Part shown: positions 17,910-27,177 of the stretch, one piece after another
Layout of the letters: each line of letters begins with the position of its first letter
How positions within the stretch are numbered: the first letter of the stretch is position 1
Virus record (IMG/VR): IMGVR_UViG_3300046836_000576
Strand: one strand, 5' to 3'
Source: an uncultured virus (IMG/VR IMGVR_UViG_3300046836_000576)
Taxonomy: Duplodnaviria > Heunggongvirae > Uroviricota > Caudoviricetes
DNA: 64,000 nucleotides
Translations under genes and position numbers: made by a program
The notes under the pieces: generated by a model
Seen by the model: the letters and a program-made list of their open reading frames with translations, nothing else
The model's database searches: none
Told to the model about the DNA's origin: nothing

Positions 17910-18236
17910 ATGGAAGGCAAAGATCGAGAAATCGGAAGCAGCCGTACCGATAGTAGTGGACACGAAGTAGAAACCCTCAAGGTTGGCGGGAAATATGCTA
18001 CGGCCATTAGTCATGATGGTGTTCATACTTTTGCCCTTTCTGTTGCGATGAAAAAGACTGATAATTCAACCACTACTGTTGATGGTGGCGGTACAAGTTT
18101 TCGTGCGATGACAGAGGTGACCGAATATCAAAAGGCATTGTTGGCGGAAGGATTTGCGGTGCAAGTAACTCAATATCCTTCTAATCATTCACAACACGCT
18201 AAGGACGACGCTTTGGCACTGGCGGGTACACTATAG
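17910..18236 (+). CDS. Hypothetical protein
   Basis: ORF abutting the next gene. Confidence 0.55.
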   Translation: MEGKDREIGSSRTDSSGHEVETLKVGGKYATAISHDGVHTFALSVAMKKTDNSTTTVDGGGTSFRAMTEVTEYQKALLAEGFAVQVTQYPSNHSQHAKDDALALAGTL

Positions 18237-19196
18237 ATGTCTGATATCTATATTCCCTCACCGGATCCCAGACCCGATTTGGGTCTAACAATGTTCTACC
18301 AGACTCATCGACTGATAGAGGCCGCACCGATTGTCAGTTTTACCCATGGATCACCATCTATTGTTGTTGTAAATGATAATGGAGTCGAACATACAATTGA
18401 GGTCACCGAAGCATTCTTTACCGCAGGTGACCCTGAAATTGGTGATTACTTTGTTGCTTACCCAGACCCAGCACAAACTATGTACTGGGAAGCGAAACTG
18501 GCATTTGAGCAAGCCTATACAGTTGTAGTTGAGGGACCACCGGGTCCGCAAGGTCCGCAGGGTGAACCAGGAGAAACTGGACCACAAGGTGAACCAGGAG
18601 AAACTGGACCACAAGGTGAACCAGGACCTACTGGAAATACTGGTCCTATTGGCCCTACTGGCCCTAGTGGTCCTACTGTTGTCAGTGTTGATAATGGGAA
18701 TCTAGCCGAGCTAGGTTCTGATAATCTATTACTTGTCCCGAATACTTCAAGACTTGTGGGTGTAACTGACGGATCTGATGCACAACCTGGTGAGATTGGT
18801 GAATACGTAGTATCGGCTAACGCAGTTGGTATTGCAGTTACTTCGGATGTGCCCGCAACGATTACACAAATCACTTTGAGTCCTGGCTGCTGGGAAATGT
18901 GGGGTTGTGTTGACTTTCGACCTCCCTCCAATAAAAGTCCAAATATGATTTGTGGCAGTATTAGTTTGAATGATAACTCGCTGCCGACTGACAACGATCT
19001 GTACGTGGGCGTCGGCATTATGACGTTGTTTTATACAACGGCGCTGACATCCGGGGCGCGGCAGGTATTGATGACTGGACAATGCCGTGCTAACACTGCG
19101 GTATCTCTTACCGTTTATCTGGTAGGAGAGACGGCTTTTGGTGGTGGCGGTACTTCGAATGTTCAGGGTTACATCTGTGCTAGGCGCGTCCGATGA
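18237..19196 (+). CDS. Collagen-repeat virion protein
   Basis: G-X-Y tract; [15 protein letters not shown] and terminal ARRVR as in fibre-like phage proteins. Confidence 0.8.
   Translation: MSDIYIPSPDPRPDLGLTMFYQTHRLIEAAPIVSFTHGSPSIVVVNDNGVEHTIEVTEAFFTAGDPEIGDYFVAYPDPAQTMYWEAKLAFEQAYTVVVEGPPGPQGPQGEPGETGPQGEPGETGPQGEPGPTGNTGPIGPTGPSGPTVVSVDNGNLAELGSDNLLLVPNTSRLVGVTDGSDAQPGEIGEYVVSANAVGIAVTSDVPATITQITLSPGCWEMWGCVDFRPPSNKSPNMICGSISLNDNSLPTDNDLYVGVGIMTLFYTTALTSGARQVLMTGQCRANTAVSLTVYLVGETAFGGGGTSNVQGYICARRVR
18558..18627 (+). repeat. 27-bp tandem repeat (QGEPGETGP)
   Basis: GGTGAACCAGGAGAAACTGGACCACAA twice plus a partial copy. Confidence 0.85.
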
Positions 19197-19213
19197 CTCA
19201 CGTGGAGGGCAAG

Positions 19214-19372
19214 ATGATCATCGAAATCCTGTTCGTCGTCGTGATGTTTCTGTGGCTCCTCACAATCCTACCCTTTCCACCATTACAACCATTCGCCACG
19301 TCAAACGTCTTCTTTGCGTTTGTGGCTGTGTTGTTGCTGGGGTTGTTTATCTTTATGCCTGGCATTAGATAA
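19214..19372 (+). CDS. Small two-TM membrane protein
   Basis: Read manually: MIIEILFVVVMFLWLLTILPF...FAFVAVLLLGLFIFMPGIR; GGAGG RBS. Confidence 0.7.
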   Translation: MIIEILFVVVMFLWLLTILPFPPLQPFATSNVFFAFVAVLLLGLFIFMPGIR

Positions 19373-19533
19373 TGCTTGGCATTATTCTTCTAGTTATACT
19401 AATCCTACTGCTTGTAGGTGGGTTGCCTAATTGGGGGCATATGGCACCTTACAACTATGGTTATTACCCATCATTTGGGGTTTTGTTATTGATAATTGTT
19501 CTACTAGTCTTGATCTTCGGAGGACATCTCTAG
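19372..19533 (+). CDS. DUF3309-like membrane protein
   Basis: Read manually: MLGIILLVILILLLVGGLPNWGH...GYYPSFG; TAATG coupling. Confidence 0.75.
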   Translation: MLGIILLVILILLLVGGLPNWGHMAPYNYGYYPSFGVLLLIIVLLVLIFGGHL

Positions 19534-22278
19534 TTGGCTGAAGTTACCGATCTCAAGCAAGTATCGGAAACAAAGAACCCGGTAAAGATAATACCGTCTG
19601 AGGTTCTGGCTAAGTCAGCCATGATTAGGCGGCCTTCAGTAGCAACTCGTAGTCCATTTGAAGTACCGAGCTTCCCGCCAGCAGTTGAGAACGCGCTAAA
19701 AGAGCGCGATATTCCAACACTGGCGATGGATGAAACAATATCTGGAACCTTTGGTTGGGCGTCCAGAGATTTTATTGCCACAGCTTATGCTGAAGGCGTT
19801 GTGTTTATGGGCTATGCCTACCTGGCTAGTCTATCACAACGCCCAGAGTACCGGGTGGTTACAGAAGTTATTGCTTCTGAAATGACTCGTGAGTGGATTG
19901 AGTTAAAGGCCGCCAGTGGTGATGAAAGCAAGTCAGACAAGATCAAGAAAATCAATGACAAGATGGACAACCTTAGGATTAGAAAGGCATTTCAAAAAGC
20001 AACAGAGGCTGATGGTTTCTTTGGTCGCGGTCATTTATACCTAGACACCGGCAAAACTCACGATGACGAAGAGTTAAGGCTGGATTTGGGTGATGGTCGC
20101 AATCTGTTGAGTAAACAGAAGGTTGGTTCGTCAAAAAGTGGTAAAGCGCAAAAGCTGATTAGAGTCTTGCCGGTAGAGCCCACTTGGTGTTATCCTACCC
20201 GGTATGACTCGGTTGATCCACTGAGCCCTGATTGGTATAACCCAATCACTTGGTTTGTAATGTCACGCGAGGTACATCGCTCAAGGTTGCTGACATTTGT
20301 TGGTCGAGAAATGCCGGACATCTTGAAACCCGCCTATGCTTTTGGCGGGTTAAGCATGTCTCAAATGCTCAAGCCCTATGTCGACAATTGGTTAAGGACA
20401 AGACAGAGTGTCAGTGATCTGATTCAGAACTTTTCACATAGTGTATTGAAAACCAATATGGACGCCACCACAGCGGTGGGTGGGGATGCACTTTTCGCTC
20501 GGGTTGCGTTGTTTAACAATATCAAGAATAACCAAGGTGCAATGGTTATTGATAAGGATGCTGAAGATTTCAGTAATGTTAGTGCCCCATTGGGTGGACT
20601 GGATTCCTTACAAGCACAATCTCAAGAACATATGGCGGCGATTGCCCGTATTCCACTGGTTAAGTTGTTGGGCATTCAGCCTGCTGGATTGAATGCAAGT
20701 AGCGAGGGTGAACTGGTTTCTTTTGAAGACTGGATTGCGGCATTTCAGGAAGTATTGTACCGGCCCAATCTGACCAAGATTATTGACCTTATTCAGTTAA
20801 GCGAGTTTGATGAAGTGGACGATGATATTACGTTTGACTTTAAGCCACTAAGACAAGAGAAGCCTGAAGAGATTGTTCAGAGAGAGCAAGTAAAGGCGAC
20901 CACTAGAGAAACCTACTATGGAATGGGTGCTGTAGATCCACAAGAGGTGCGAGATTCTCTTGCTCAGGATCCGGATAGTCCATTTGATGGTGTAGATCTA
21001 ACAAAAGAACTTCCAGCACCACCACAGCCTCCTGGTGTACCTGGTGTCCCACAACCACCAGGTGCTGCATCACAACCAGGAGGGCCAGGTGGACCACCGG
21101 GTGGGGGTCCACCATCACCTGCTTCTGGGCCACCTGGTGCAGCGCCTCCGAAACAACCGAGCCGCCCCCCGGCCCCGGGCGGAGGCGCTCCTGGTGACAA
21201 TAGTAATGATAATAATCAGAAATTAGTTGATCTATTGAATGCTAAGGTAGCGGCAGACGCTGGCTTTGATCCTAAAGACCATCCACATGCACCTGAAGGT
21301 ACTAGTGGTGGTAAAGGTGGTCAGTTTGTCAGTAAAGGTTCTGGTGCATCGGCAGCTACAGCTCCCGCCGCACCAGCAAAGCCTGCAGCTAAGGCGCAGA
21401 CTGCAAAGCCTGCTGCAAAGAAAGCAAAAACAACCACTGCCAAACCTAAGAAAGAATCAACCGTTGGGTATTACAGTCTAACTCCTGCCCCGGCCAATAA
21501 AGAAGATTGGCCAGAACATGCCAAAGACTTTAAGATCCCACCAGCCTGGACCGATGTTAGAATCAATATGGATCCTAACGCTAGGGGTCAACTAGCGGGT
21601 GGTAAAGACTCTAAGGGTCGTATTCAACCACTATTCCATCAGGAGTACAGAGATTCTCAGGATGCAAAAAAGTTTGAGCTTGAATTAAAGTTAACCCCAC
21701 ATATGCCGGAGTACAAGGAAGGAAATGATAAGAATTTGACTGCCTGGGATGGTCGAACTCGTGAACATGCTACATGTCTTGGTATAATCATGCAGATGGG
21801 CCTAAGGCCGGGTAGTGAACGAGATACAGGGGCTGAAAAGCAGGCTTATGGTGCGACTACATTACAAGGTAAGTTTGTCAAGACTGAGGGGGATAAGACA
21901 TTTTTGAGATTTACAGGTAAGAAGGGTGTCTCGTTAAACTTACCAGTTGAAGATCCCGAACTTGCCGCCTCTCTGCGCAAGATGGCAGGGGAAAATCAGG
22001 GTAAGTTGTTCACGAAGATCAATGATCAATCCTTGCGGGATTACACAAAACATATTACAAAGGGTTTAGGCAAGCCTAAGGATTTTAGGACGTTGTTTGC
22101 TAACAAGACTGCAAACGAAGTAATATCAAAGATGCGTGCACCCCCACCCGGTGATGATGCAGCTTTTAAGAAGGCCTGCCAACAGGTTGCATTGGCAGTA
22201 TCGAAAAAGCTAGGCAATACACCAGATGTCGCCTTGCGATCGTATATTAATCCGATCGTGTTCTCAGGCTGGAGATAA
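19534..22278 (+). CDS. Portal protein (DUF1073-like) fused to a type IB DNA topoisomerase
   Basis: aa 1-490 portal (GYAYLA.L.QRPEYR, IPLVKLLGI.P.GLNASSEGE); Pro/Ala linker; C-terminal IPPAWTDV, LRPG, F.GKKG, KDFRT, LGNTP, RSYINP. Confidence 0.9.
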   Translation: MAEVTDLKQVSETKNPVKIIPSEVLAKSAMIRRPSVATRSPFEVPSFPPAVENALKERDIPTLAMDETISGTFGWASRDFIATAYAEGVVFMGYAYLASLSQRPEYRVVTEVIASEMTREWIELKAASGDESKSDKIKKINDKMDNLRIRKAFQKATEADGFFGRGHLYLDTGKTHDDEELRLDLGDGRNLLSKQKVGSSKSGKAQKLIRVLPVEPTWCYPTRYDSVDPLSPDWYNPITWFVMSREVHRSRLLTFVGREMPDILKPAYAFGGLSMSQMLKPYVDNWLRTRQSVSDLIQNFSHSVLKTNMDATTAVGGDALFARVALFNNIKNNQGAMVIDKDAEDFSNVSAPLGGLDSLQAQSQEHMAAIARIPLVKLLGIQPAGLNASSEGELVSFEDWIAAFQEVLYRPNLTKIIDLIQLSEFDEVDDDITFDFKPLRQEKPEEIVQREQVKATTRETYYGMGAVDPQEVRDSLAQDPDSPFDGVDLTKELPAPPQPPGVPGVPQPPGAASQPGGPGGPPGGGPPSPASGPPGAAPPKQPSRPPAPGGGAPGDNSNDNNQKLVDLLNAKVAADAGFDPKDHPHAPEGTSGGKGGQFVSKGSGASAATAPAAPAKPAAKAQTAKPAAKKAKTTTAKPKKESTVGYYSLTPAPANKEDWPEHAKDFKIPPAWTDVRINMDPNARGQLAGGKDSKGRIQPLFHQEYRDSQDAKKFELELKLTPHMPEYKEGNDKNLTAWDGRTREHATCLGIIMQMGLRPGSERDTGAEKQAYGATTLQGKFVKTEGDKTFLRFTGKKGVSLNLPVEDPELAASLRKMAGENQGKLFTKINDQSLRDYTKHITKGLGKPKDFRTLFANKTANEVISKMRAPPPGDDAAFKKACQQVALAVSKKLGNTPDVALRSYINPIVFSGWR

Positions 22279-22475
22279 TGGCACCACTTCCTCAACCTTC
22301 CTATGGTGAATATGGCAATCATGCTGATTTGCCAACTGACGAGGAGCGGGAGGAAGAGGTTGATGAGGATGCTCCAGTTAGTCAAGACTGGATAGACATC
22401 ATGGGTTTTGACCCTGATGAGCTAGATTGGGATGACGTGGAAGAACCCGAAACCACAGAGGAAGAAGATGCATAA
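22278..22475 (+). CDS. Small highly acidic protein
   Basis: TAATG-coupled to the portal-Topo gene; D/E rich; IMGFDP motif. Confidence 0.75.
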   Translation: MAPLPQPSYGEYGNHADLPTDEEREEEVDEDAPVSQDWIDIMGFDPDELDWDDVEEPETTEEEDA

Positions 22476-22815
22476 GGGGATTCAATCGATTTGGACAGCA
22501 GAACAAGACGAAATTCTAATCAAGGCGATAAATGATGGGATGGAACAAGGGTTGACACAAAAGAAAGTCATTATTGCATTGATGAAAGCATTTGATCGAG
22601 AGTATGGGAGTATACGAACTCGAATTACCAGGCTGCGTGAGGAAAAGACGTTAGTTAACTATGTCCGCCGAAAAAGTAGAAAATCGGGCAGCGTACCTGG
22701 TGCTTATCAAAATTGGGTGGATACACGTAAGAAACCCTTCGTTAAGCCAAGTCTAAATCGACCGGATTGGTTTGACAAAGAGAATCTTCAGGAGCGAATA
22801 CTTGCCGGAAGATAA
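22468..22815 (+). CDS. HTH (GcrA/Myb-like N-terminus) DNA-binding protein
   Basis: WTAEQDEIL...R.YGSIRTRI.RL; start revised to MHKGI. Confidence 0.55.
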   Translation: MHKGIQSIWTAEQDEILIKAINDGMEQGLTQKKVIIALMKAFDREYGSIRTRITRLREEKTLVNYVRRKSRKSGSVPGAYQNWVDTRKKPFVKPSLNRPDWFDKENLQERILAGR

Positions 22816-23077
22816 TCCACCTATTGGTACTTTGGTGACCTGCGAAAACGGGCATCGAATTTGTGAGATAGTGGGACCAATTGCGGATTGGCGAGAAAAG
22901 ACTGCACTGTCCGCTGGATTTGGTAACTATACACCCGGTGAGAAACTTGTTGGACCTGGTGACATTGCAGCGTACTGCAGATGCCAACAATGTGGTGCCC
23001 CTTGGGTGGATGTACGGCCAAATGTCAGGGGTACGTTGAGTGCAAAAGTTCATCTCGAAACTGGTTGGTGGCCGTAG
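22772..23077 (+). CDS. Hypothetical Zn-ribbon protein
   Basis: TCENGH.IC and CQQCGAPW. Confidence 0.55.
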   Translation: MTKRIFRSEYLPEDNPPIGTLVTCENGHRICEIVGPIADWREKTALSAGFGNYTPGEKLVGPGDIAAYCRCQQCGAPWVDVRPNVRGTLSAKVHLETGWWP

Positions 23078-23104
23078 CTCTAACACCTTGCAAGGAGTAC
23101 AAAA

Positions 23105-23593
23105 ATGGACATAGACATTATGTGGTCGATGTTTAACAAGTATCGTCCGATGCTTGACGAGATGCATACGGCATGGTTGGTCATGCCTCCGTACAACAAA
23201 GATGTTCCCTTTGTTGAGGGAGCACCTATGGTTGGTCAGAGTCTGACCTGCACCATGGGTAACTGGAACCACATGGATGCAGAGCCTCATAGCTATGTAT
23301 TCCAGTGGAAGCGTGATGGTGCAGACGTAGATGGTGGTATTGAGCCCAACACCTATGCGGTTGCCGATTCCGATGCCGGTCATGTTATTACTTGTGTAGT
23401 GACGGCGACCAACGAATATGGGACGACCGAAGCTCCGCCGAGTAATGAAATCGAAATTCCGGCGGCGGATGGTTCAACTCGTTCCTCACGAGGCGCAGAA
23501 AAAGAAGAAAAAGAGGAAGATGATGACCACCGTTCGGGTCCACCGTCTCCAAGACGGGACAATAATCAACCCCAGCACCATCGCCGCACGTAA
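23105..23593 (+). CDS. Ig-like domain virion protein
   Basis: VGQSLTC..G.W...Y.FQW.RDG...TY.V...D.G..ITC.VTATN. Confidence 0.8.
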   Translation: MDIDIMWSMFNKYRPMLDEMHTAWLVMPPYNKDVPFVEGAPMVGQSLTCTMGNWNHMDAEPHSYVFQWKRDGADVDGGIEPNTYAVADSDAGHVITCVVTATNEYGTTEAPPSNEIEIPAADGSTRSSRGAEKEEKEEDDDHRSGPPSPRRDNNQPQHHRRT

Positions 23594-23615
23594 TTGTTGA
23601 ACAGGAGGAAGTCAA

Positions 23616-23735
23616 GTGTCGGATCCTCACCCACAAGAAGCACCACCACCTCCTCCACCTCCTGGTACCGCACCTATCGTCCCTAATCCTCATCCACCGG
23701 AGCCCGATAGGGAAGAGGAAAAGGAGCTCGTCTAG
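23616..23735 (+). CDS. Small Pro-rich protein
   Basis: AGGAGG RBS, GTG start, 39 aa read manually. Confidence 0.5.
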   Translation: MSDPHPQEAPPPPPPPGTAPIVPNPHPPEPDREEEKELV

Positions 23736-23840
23736 TAGACGGCTTTTAGGCGGTACACATGCGGTAAAGGGTCCTACGCATACCAAGCTGCTTAGGACCC
23801 GTTCATCCCACTAGAAACCGAGCTCTATGGGACTCTTGCT

Positions 23841-25352
23841 ATGGCGTTCGATCAGACCAGCCCCGAGTTCTTAAGCCAAATGAGAAACTTTGCTCGAGGA
23901 CTGTTGTCCTGGATCAATGAAGAGGGTGAGGAAGAGGAGCACGATGAAGTGGGTGATCAAGCTAATGATGAGCAACCGCCACTGTTGAAAGTAAAGACGG
24001 TAACAGAGCATCATTACGCTGATCCGAATGGTATGGCAACGGATCCTCCTGTCAGTGAAGCGCAACGTGGTGCAATGGGTGCTGCGGCTGGTGGTAATTC
24101 TACACTTGGCATTCCCCAATCGGTTGGTAAAGAGTTTATGAATGCCGACCCCGGTGGGAAATTGCAACAAAAGGCAAAGGATGGTGCGTATTATACTCGT
24201 ACAGCAATAGGGGAAAGACAAGAAAAGCCTGCTATAGATGATCAAAATGGTCGGTTTTCATTGTCACCCGACGGTCAATATGTTATTGATAATCAGACTG
24301 GTAACCAGCATAGCATTGATGACGTTATGCGGATTTTGTTTTCTGATGGGCAAAATGATTCTGCTGCAAGCTTGAAACCAGAAGTTACCGTAGCTAAGGA
24401 TCCTGTTTCCAAGCCCATGACACCCACAGGTATGTGGAAGAGCCCAAAGATTGATCCAAGTACTCGTAGTGGCAATCCTGGTGATAACGGGAAACCTCCT
24501 CTTGGTAATGGTGAGGGTGGAACAGCACTTGGGAACTTGCTCAAGTACACTGCTGGTGAAACCAGTCGTGATGATACCATGAAAGGTGGATCGATGGGCT
24601 ATCAAGGTAATGGTTGGTCATCTCCTACAATTCCACCTCAAAAGGCAAAGGATGGTGGTCCCGGTAGTGGACCACAAAAGGGTAGGCAGCGTTCACTGCC
24701 GAAGGAACTACCGTCAGGTGAACTAAATACAAGTCCTTATAAAGGTTTGCCTGATCCTAAGTCTTCAAATGAAGCTGCTAAGGCGGCCATGAAGGCAAAC
24801 ATGCAGAAATATCAGTCTAGTGTTACGAATAGAAAACCCACAAGGGATGGTATTGGTGCCAGTATTGTAAAGGGTGCAACTACCGCAGTCAATAAAGCCA
24901 ATACTGTATCCCAAGGTGGTCCAGTATTTGGTGACGGTGGCCCTGGCAGTGGACCGCATCCGGGTGGCGGGTCTGAAGGAGGAGAGACAGTGAAGAGTAC
25001 CTCTGGTAAATCAACAGTGACTAAAGTTGAGCCCACTGCTAAAGGGGCTGTCTATCATGTTGACAGCTCTGAGCATGGTGGGTTAATGAAGAATCAGCTT
25101 CATTATACTAGTGGTGGTAATTTATATCAACACGTATCTAATGGTTCCCCTATTGCTAATAAGATCTCGTTAAAGTTTAATCCTGATATACACGATGCTG
25201 TGAAGAATCATATTAAACAACATGGATTACCCAAGTCCGTAAAGGGTGGGACTGGTTCTATTGTTCAGGCACAGCCCGGTTCGTCCTCTGTTGGGGCAAA
25301 TATTAAAAGAAATATGGCAGCTCAGGCTGGTAAACGTAGGGCTGGATTTTGA
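23841..25352 (+). CDS. Low-complexity putative internal head protein
   Basis: Repeated A-x-D motifs, two DGGPGSGP motifs, SEAQRGAM...GIPQSVGKEF segment. Confidence 0.75.
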   Translation: MAFDQTSPEFLSQMRNFARGLLSWINEEGEEEEHDEVGDQANDEQPPLLKVKTVTEHHYADPNGMATDPPVSEAQRGAMGAAAGGNSTLGIPQSVGKEFMNADPGGKLQQKAKDGAYYTRTAIGERQEKPAIDDQNGRFSLSPDGQYVIDNQTGNQHSIDDVMRILFSDGQNDSAASLKPEVTVAKDPVSKPMTPTGMWKSPKIDPSTRSGNPGDNGKPPLGNGEGGTALGNLLKYTAGETSRDDTMKGGSMGYQGNGWSSPTIPPQKAKDGGPGSGPQKGRQRSLPKELPSGELNTSPYKGLPDPKSSNEAAKAAMKANMQKYQSSVTNRKPTRDGIGASIVKGATTAVNKANTVSQGGPVFGDGGPGSGPHPGGGSEGGETVKSTSGKSTVTKVEPTAKGAVYHVDSSEHGGLMKNQLHYTSGGNLYQHVSNGSPIANKISLKFNPDIHDAVKNHIKQHGLPKSVKGGTGSIVQAQPGSSSVGANIKRNMAAQAGKRRAGF

Positions 25353-25392
25353 GGTGCACTCATGAATTTAGCGTATACAGGGTCTCAGAGAC

Positions 25393-25602
25393 ATGATTGA
25401 TCTATCACAACCAATTTTAACCAATGGAACATTCACATTACGGACCATGATAATGATTGTTGACGAAGGGAAAGAAGCCTTTCGTGCTGGCCTAAAATTG
25501 CGCCAATGTCCACGTTTCAAATCCCCGGACATGGTACGCGCGTGGCGTGACGGTTGGCGAGAGGCAAAGCACTCCACCAGCCGAGCGCGGATATCGCAAT
25601 AA
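25393..25602 (+). CDS. Rmf-like small protein
   Basis: EGKEAF.AG.....CP.......AWRDGW resembles ribosome modulation factor. Confidence 0.5.
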   Translation: MIDLSQPILTNGTFTLRTMIMIVDEGKEAFRAGLKLRQCPRFKSPDMVRAWRDGWREAKHSTSRARISQ

Positions 25603-25633
25603 AACCGCAATGATAATTCTTTAATATGTAGAA

Positions 25634-25720
25634 CTTCGGCTTCCCCCTGAGGCCGAGGGCGAGGATCGGGGCGGTCTCCTTTCTGACAAAGAGTAACTTG
25701 CCCCGGTCCTCTTGCCTTTC
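25634..25720 (+). ncRNA. Candidate two-hairpin sRNA antisense to early leaders
   Basis: Two stems with G-U pairs; 25672-25688 is the reverse complement of TGTCAGAAAGGAGACCG. Confidence 0.5.
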
Positions 25721-25743
25721 CTAATCACAGTGGAGTAAAGCTA

Positions 25744-26151
25744 ATGCCTGCCATTAAACTGAGGCCTGGCGAAACCGTTGTCGTCGCGGCAATCGATCCG
25801 TCACTGGAAATCGGTGGCGGTCCAATGCCTGGTGGAGATCCGCCGGTTGATCCAGGTTACGGTATCGATCTTGGACTGGGCTATCTGCGCCCGACCCATC
25901 CGATCGTTCTCCCACCGCCCACCGTTCCCATTGAACCGCCGCCAGAGGGTCCGGTTGATCCGGGTTGGGGCATTGATGTAGACATCGGCTATGTCCGCCC
26001 AGAGCATCCGATTGTGCTGCCCCCGGTGCCGACACCCACACCTCCAACGCCCACGCTTCAGTGGGAAGTTAAAACGGCGTGGACACCTGTGACGGGGTGG
26101 GTTGTTGTTGCCGTTCCGACGGGTCCGACTCCAACGCCGGCCAAAACCTAA
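25744..26151 (+). CDS. Pro-rich protein with internal duplication
   Basis: PVDPG(Y/W)GID...GY.RP.HPIVLPP twice; GGAG RBS. Confidence 0.75.
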   Translation: MPAIKLRPGETVVVAAIDPSLEIGGGPMPGGDPPVDPGYGIDLGLGYLRPTHPIVLPPPTVPIEPPPEGPVDPGWGIDVDIGYVRPEHPIVLPPVPTPTPPTPTLQWEVKTAWTPVTGWVVVAVPTGPTPTPAKT

Positions 26152-26172
26152 TCATGATGTCGGCGGTGCAGC

Positions 26173-26811
26173 ATGACACAACCACCGCCGACGCCTCCTT
26201 CTTCAAGCAAGGGTTGGCTTGTTGATACAATAACGTCAATCCTTGCCTTTATAGATAAGCCTTGGAAAGCTGTAGTTATAGTTGTACTATTGATACTTGG
26301 TGGTATTGGGTTCTTTGTTTATGACAAACGTAATGAACTCTTTGAGGCTTGGCTGACTCCCGATGCACCAGAACTCAAGACAAGCGAAATTCCAGCCTCG
26401 CTCGATTTACTTGCGCAAGAGACAGATGCAGATCTCGTCCAAGTCTGGGCCGTCGATATTTCTTCCAATTCTCAGTGGTTTATTGCTGCTAGGCGGCATG
26501 ATGGGGAACGCCCTGTAATTCCATCACCAAGACGCTTGCCGATTATGGACCATGCGTCAGATATACGAAAACTAGTTGATATTTTAGAAGGACACCCTGT
26601 TTGTGTTGATTTGAATATAAATGGTACACCTGTTGCTAGGCGTTTAGCCGAGCGTGGTATGAAAAGGGGATGTGCAATTCCTATACCACCAAATCCTGAA
26701 TCATTTGTTGGTGTGATTTATCTATCCTGGTCTACTCCAGTTGATTCAAGTACTGAGAGTGTGGCGGTAGGCTCCGCTCGTGAGATAGCAAAGAAACTAT
26801 CTACACACTGA
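26173..26811 (+). CDS. Single-TM protein with GAF-like C-terminal domain (possible T-type holin)
   Basis: One TM helix, then a globular domain ending CAIPIPP...FVGVIYLSW. Confidence 0.5.
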   Translation: MTQPPPTPPSSSKGWLVDTITSILAFIDKPWKAVVIVVLLILGGIGFFVYDKRNELFEAWLTPDAPELKTSEIPASLDLLAQETDADLVQVWAVDISSNSQWFIAARRHDGERPVIPSPRRLPIMDHASDIRKLVDILEGHPVCVDLNINGTPVARRLAERGMKRGCAIPIPPNPESFVGVIYLSWSTPVDSSTESVAVGSAREIAKKLSTH

Positions 26812-26821
26812 GGAGGTTCCA

Positions 26822-27001
26822 ATGCCTGAAGATGATACTCGAGTGCTTGACTCTATTGGTCATTTTCCAATGGCTGGTAAAGTAAAGAGTGAAAAAGAAG
26901 CCGCTATTGAGCGGAAGCGTCGTGAAGTGCGTGATATAATGCTTAAAAAGTCGCTCTGCTTCCATCCTCTTGATTGGAAAGCTGGACTCTCCATCTGGTA
27001 A
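26822..27001 (+). CDS. Hypothetical protein (59 aa)
   Basis: Read manually; AGGAGG RBS. Confidence 0.55.
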   Translation: MPEDDTRVLDSIGHFPMAGKVKSEKEAAIERKRREVRDIMLKKSLCFHPLDWKAGLSIW

Positions 27002-27066
27002 CCTCTCTGCGGACCATGGCCTAGTTCGTGGGCGTGTAGCCCCGAGCGACGGAGGGTCGGGGCCCT

Positions 27067-27177
27067 ATGACATGGTTGTATTTTATACTGGTTGGGGTCG
27101 TTGTTTTAGCTTTAATCAGTTGGGCGCTAGATAAACCACCACCACCTGATAGTGAGTTTGATGACGACTGGCCTTAG
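27067..27177 (+). CDS. Small membrane peptide (36 aa)
   Basis: Read manually: MTWLYFILVGVVVLALISWALDKPPP... Confidence 0.45.
   Translation: MTWLYFILVGVVVLALISWALDKPPPPDSEFDDDWP

Noticed and set aside
23740..23840. Intergenic stretch with loosely periodic pattern (similar at 5940-6030 and 44060-44150) as gyrase or bending sites
   Set aside because: No alignable consensus by eye; needs a periodicity computation
26931..27065. TGATATAAT extended -10 followed by GTCGCTC/GAGCGAC and GCCCCGA/TCGGGGC alternative stems (possible ncRNA or riboswitch)
   Set aside because: Half lies inside a 59-aa ORF (26822..27001) with a strong RBS; stems are short; no tRNA cloverleaf
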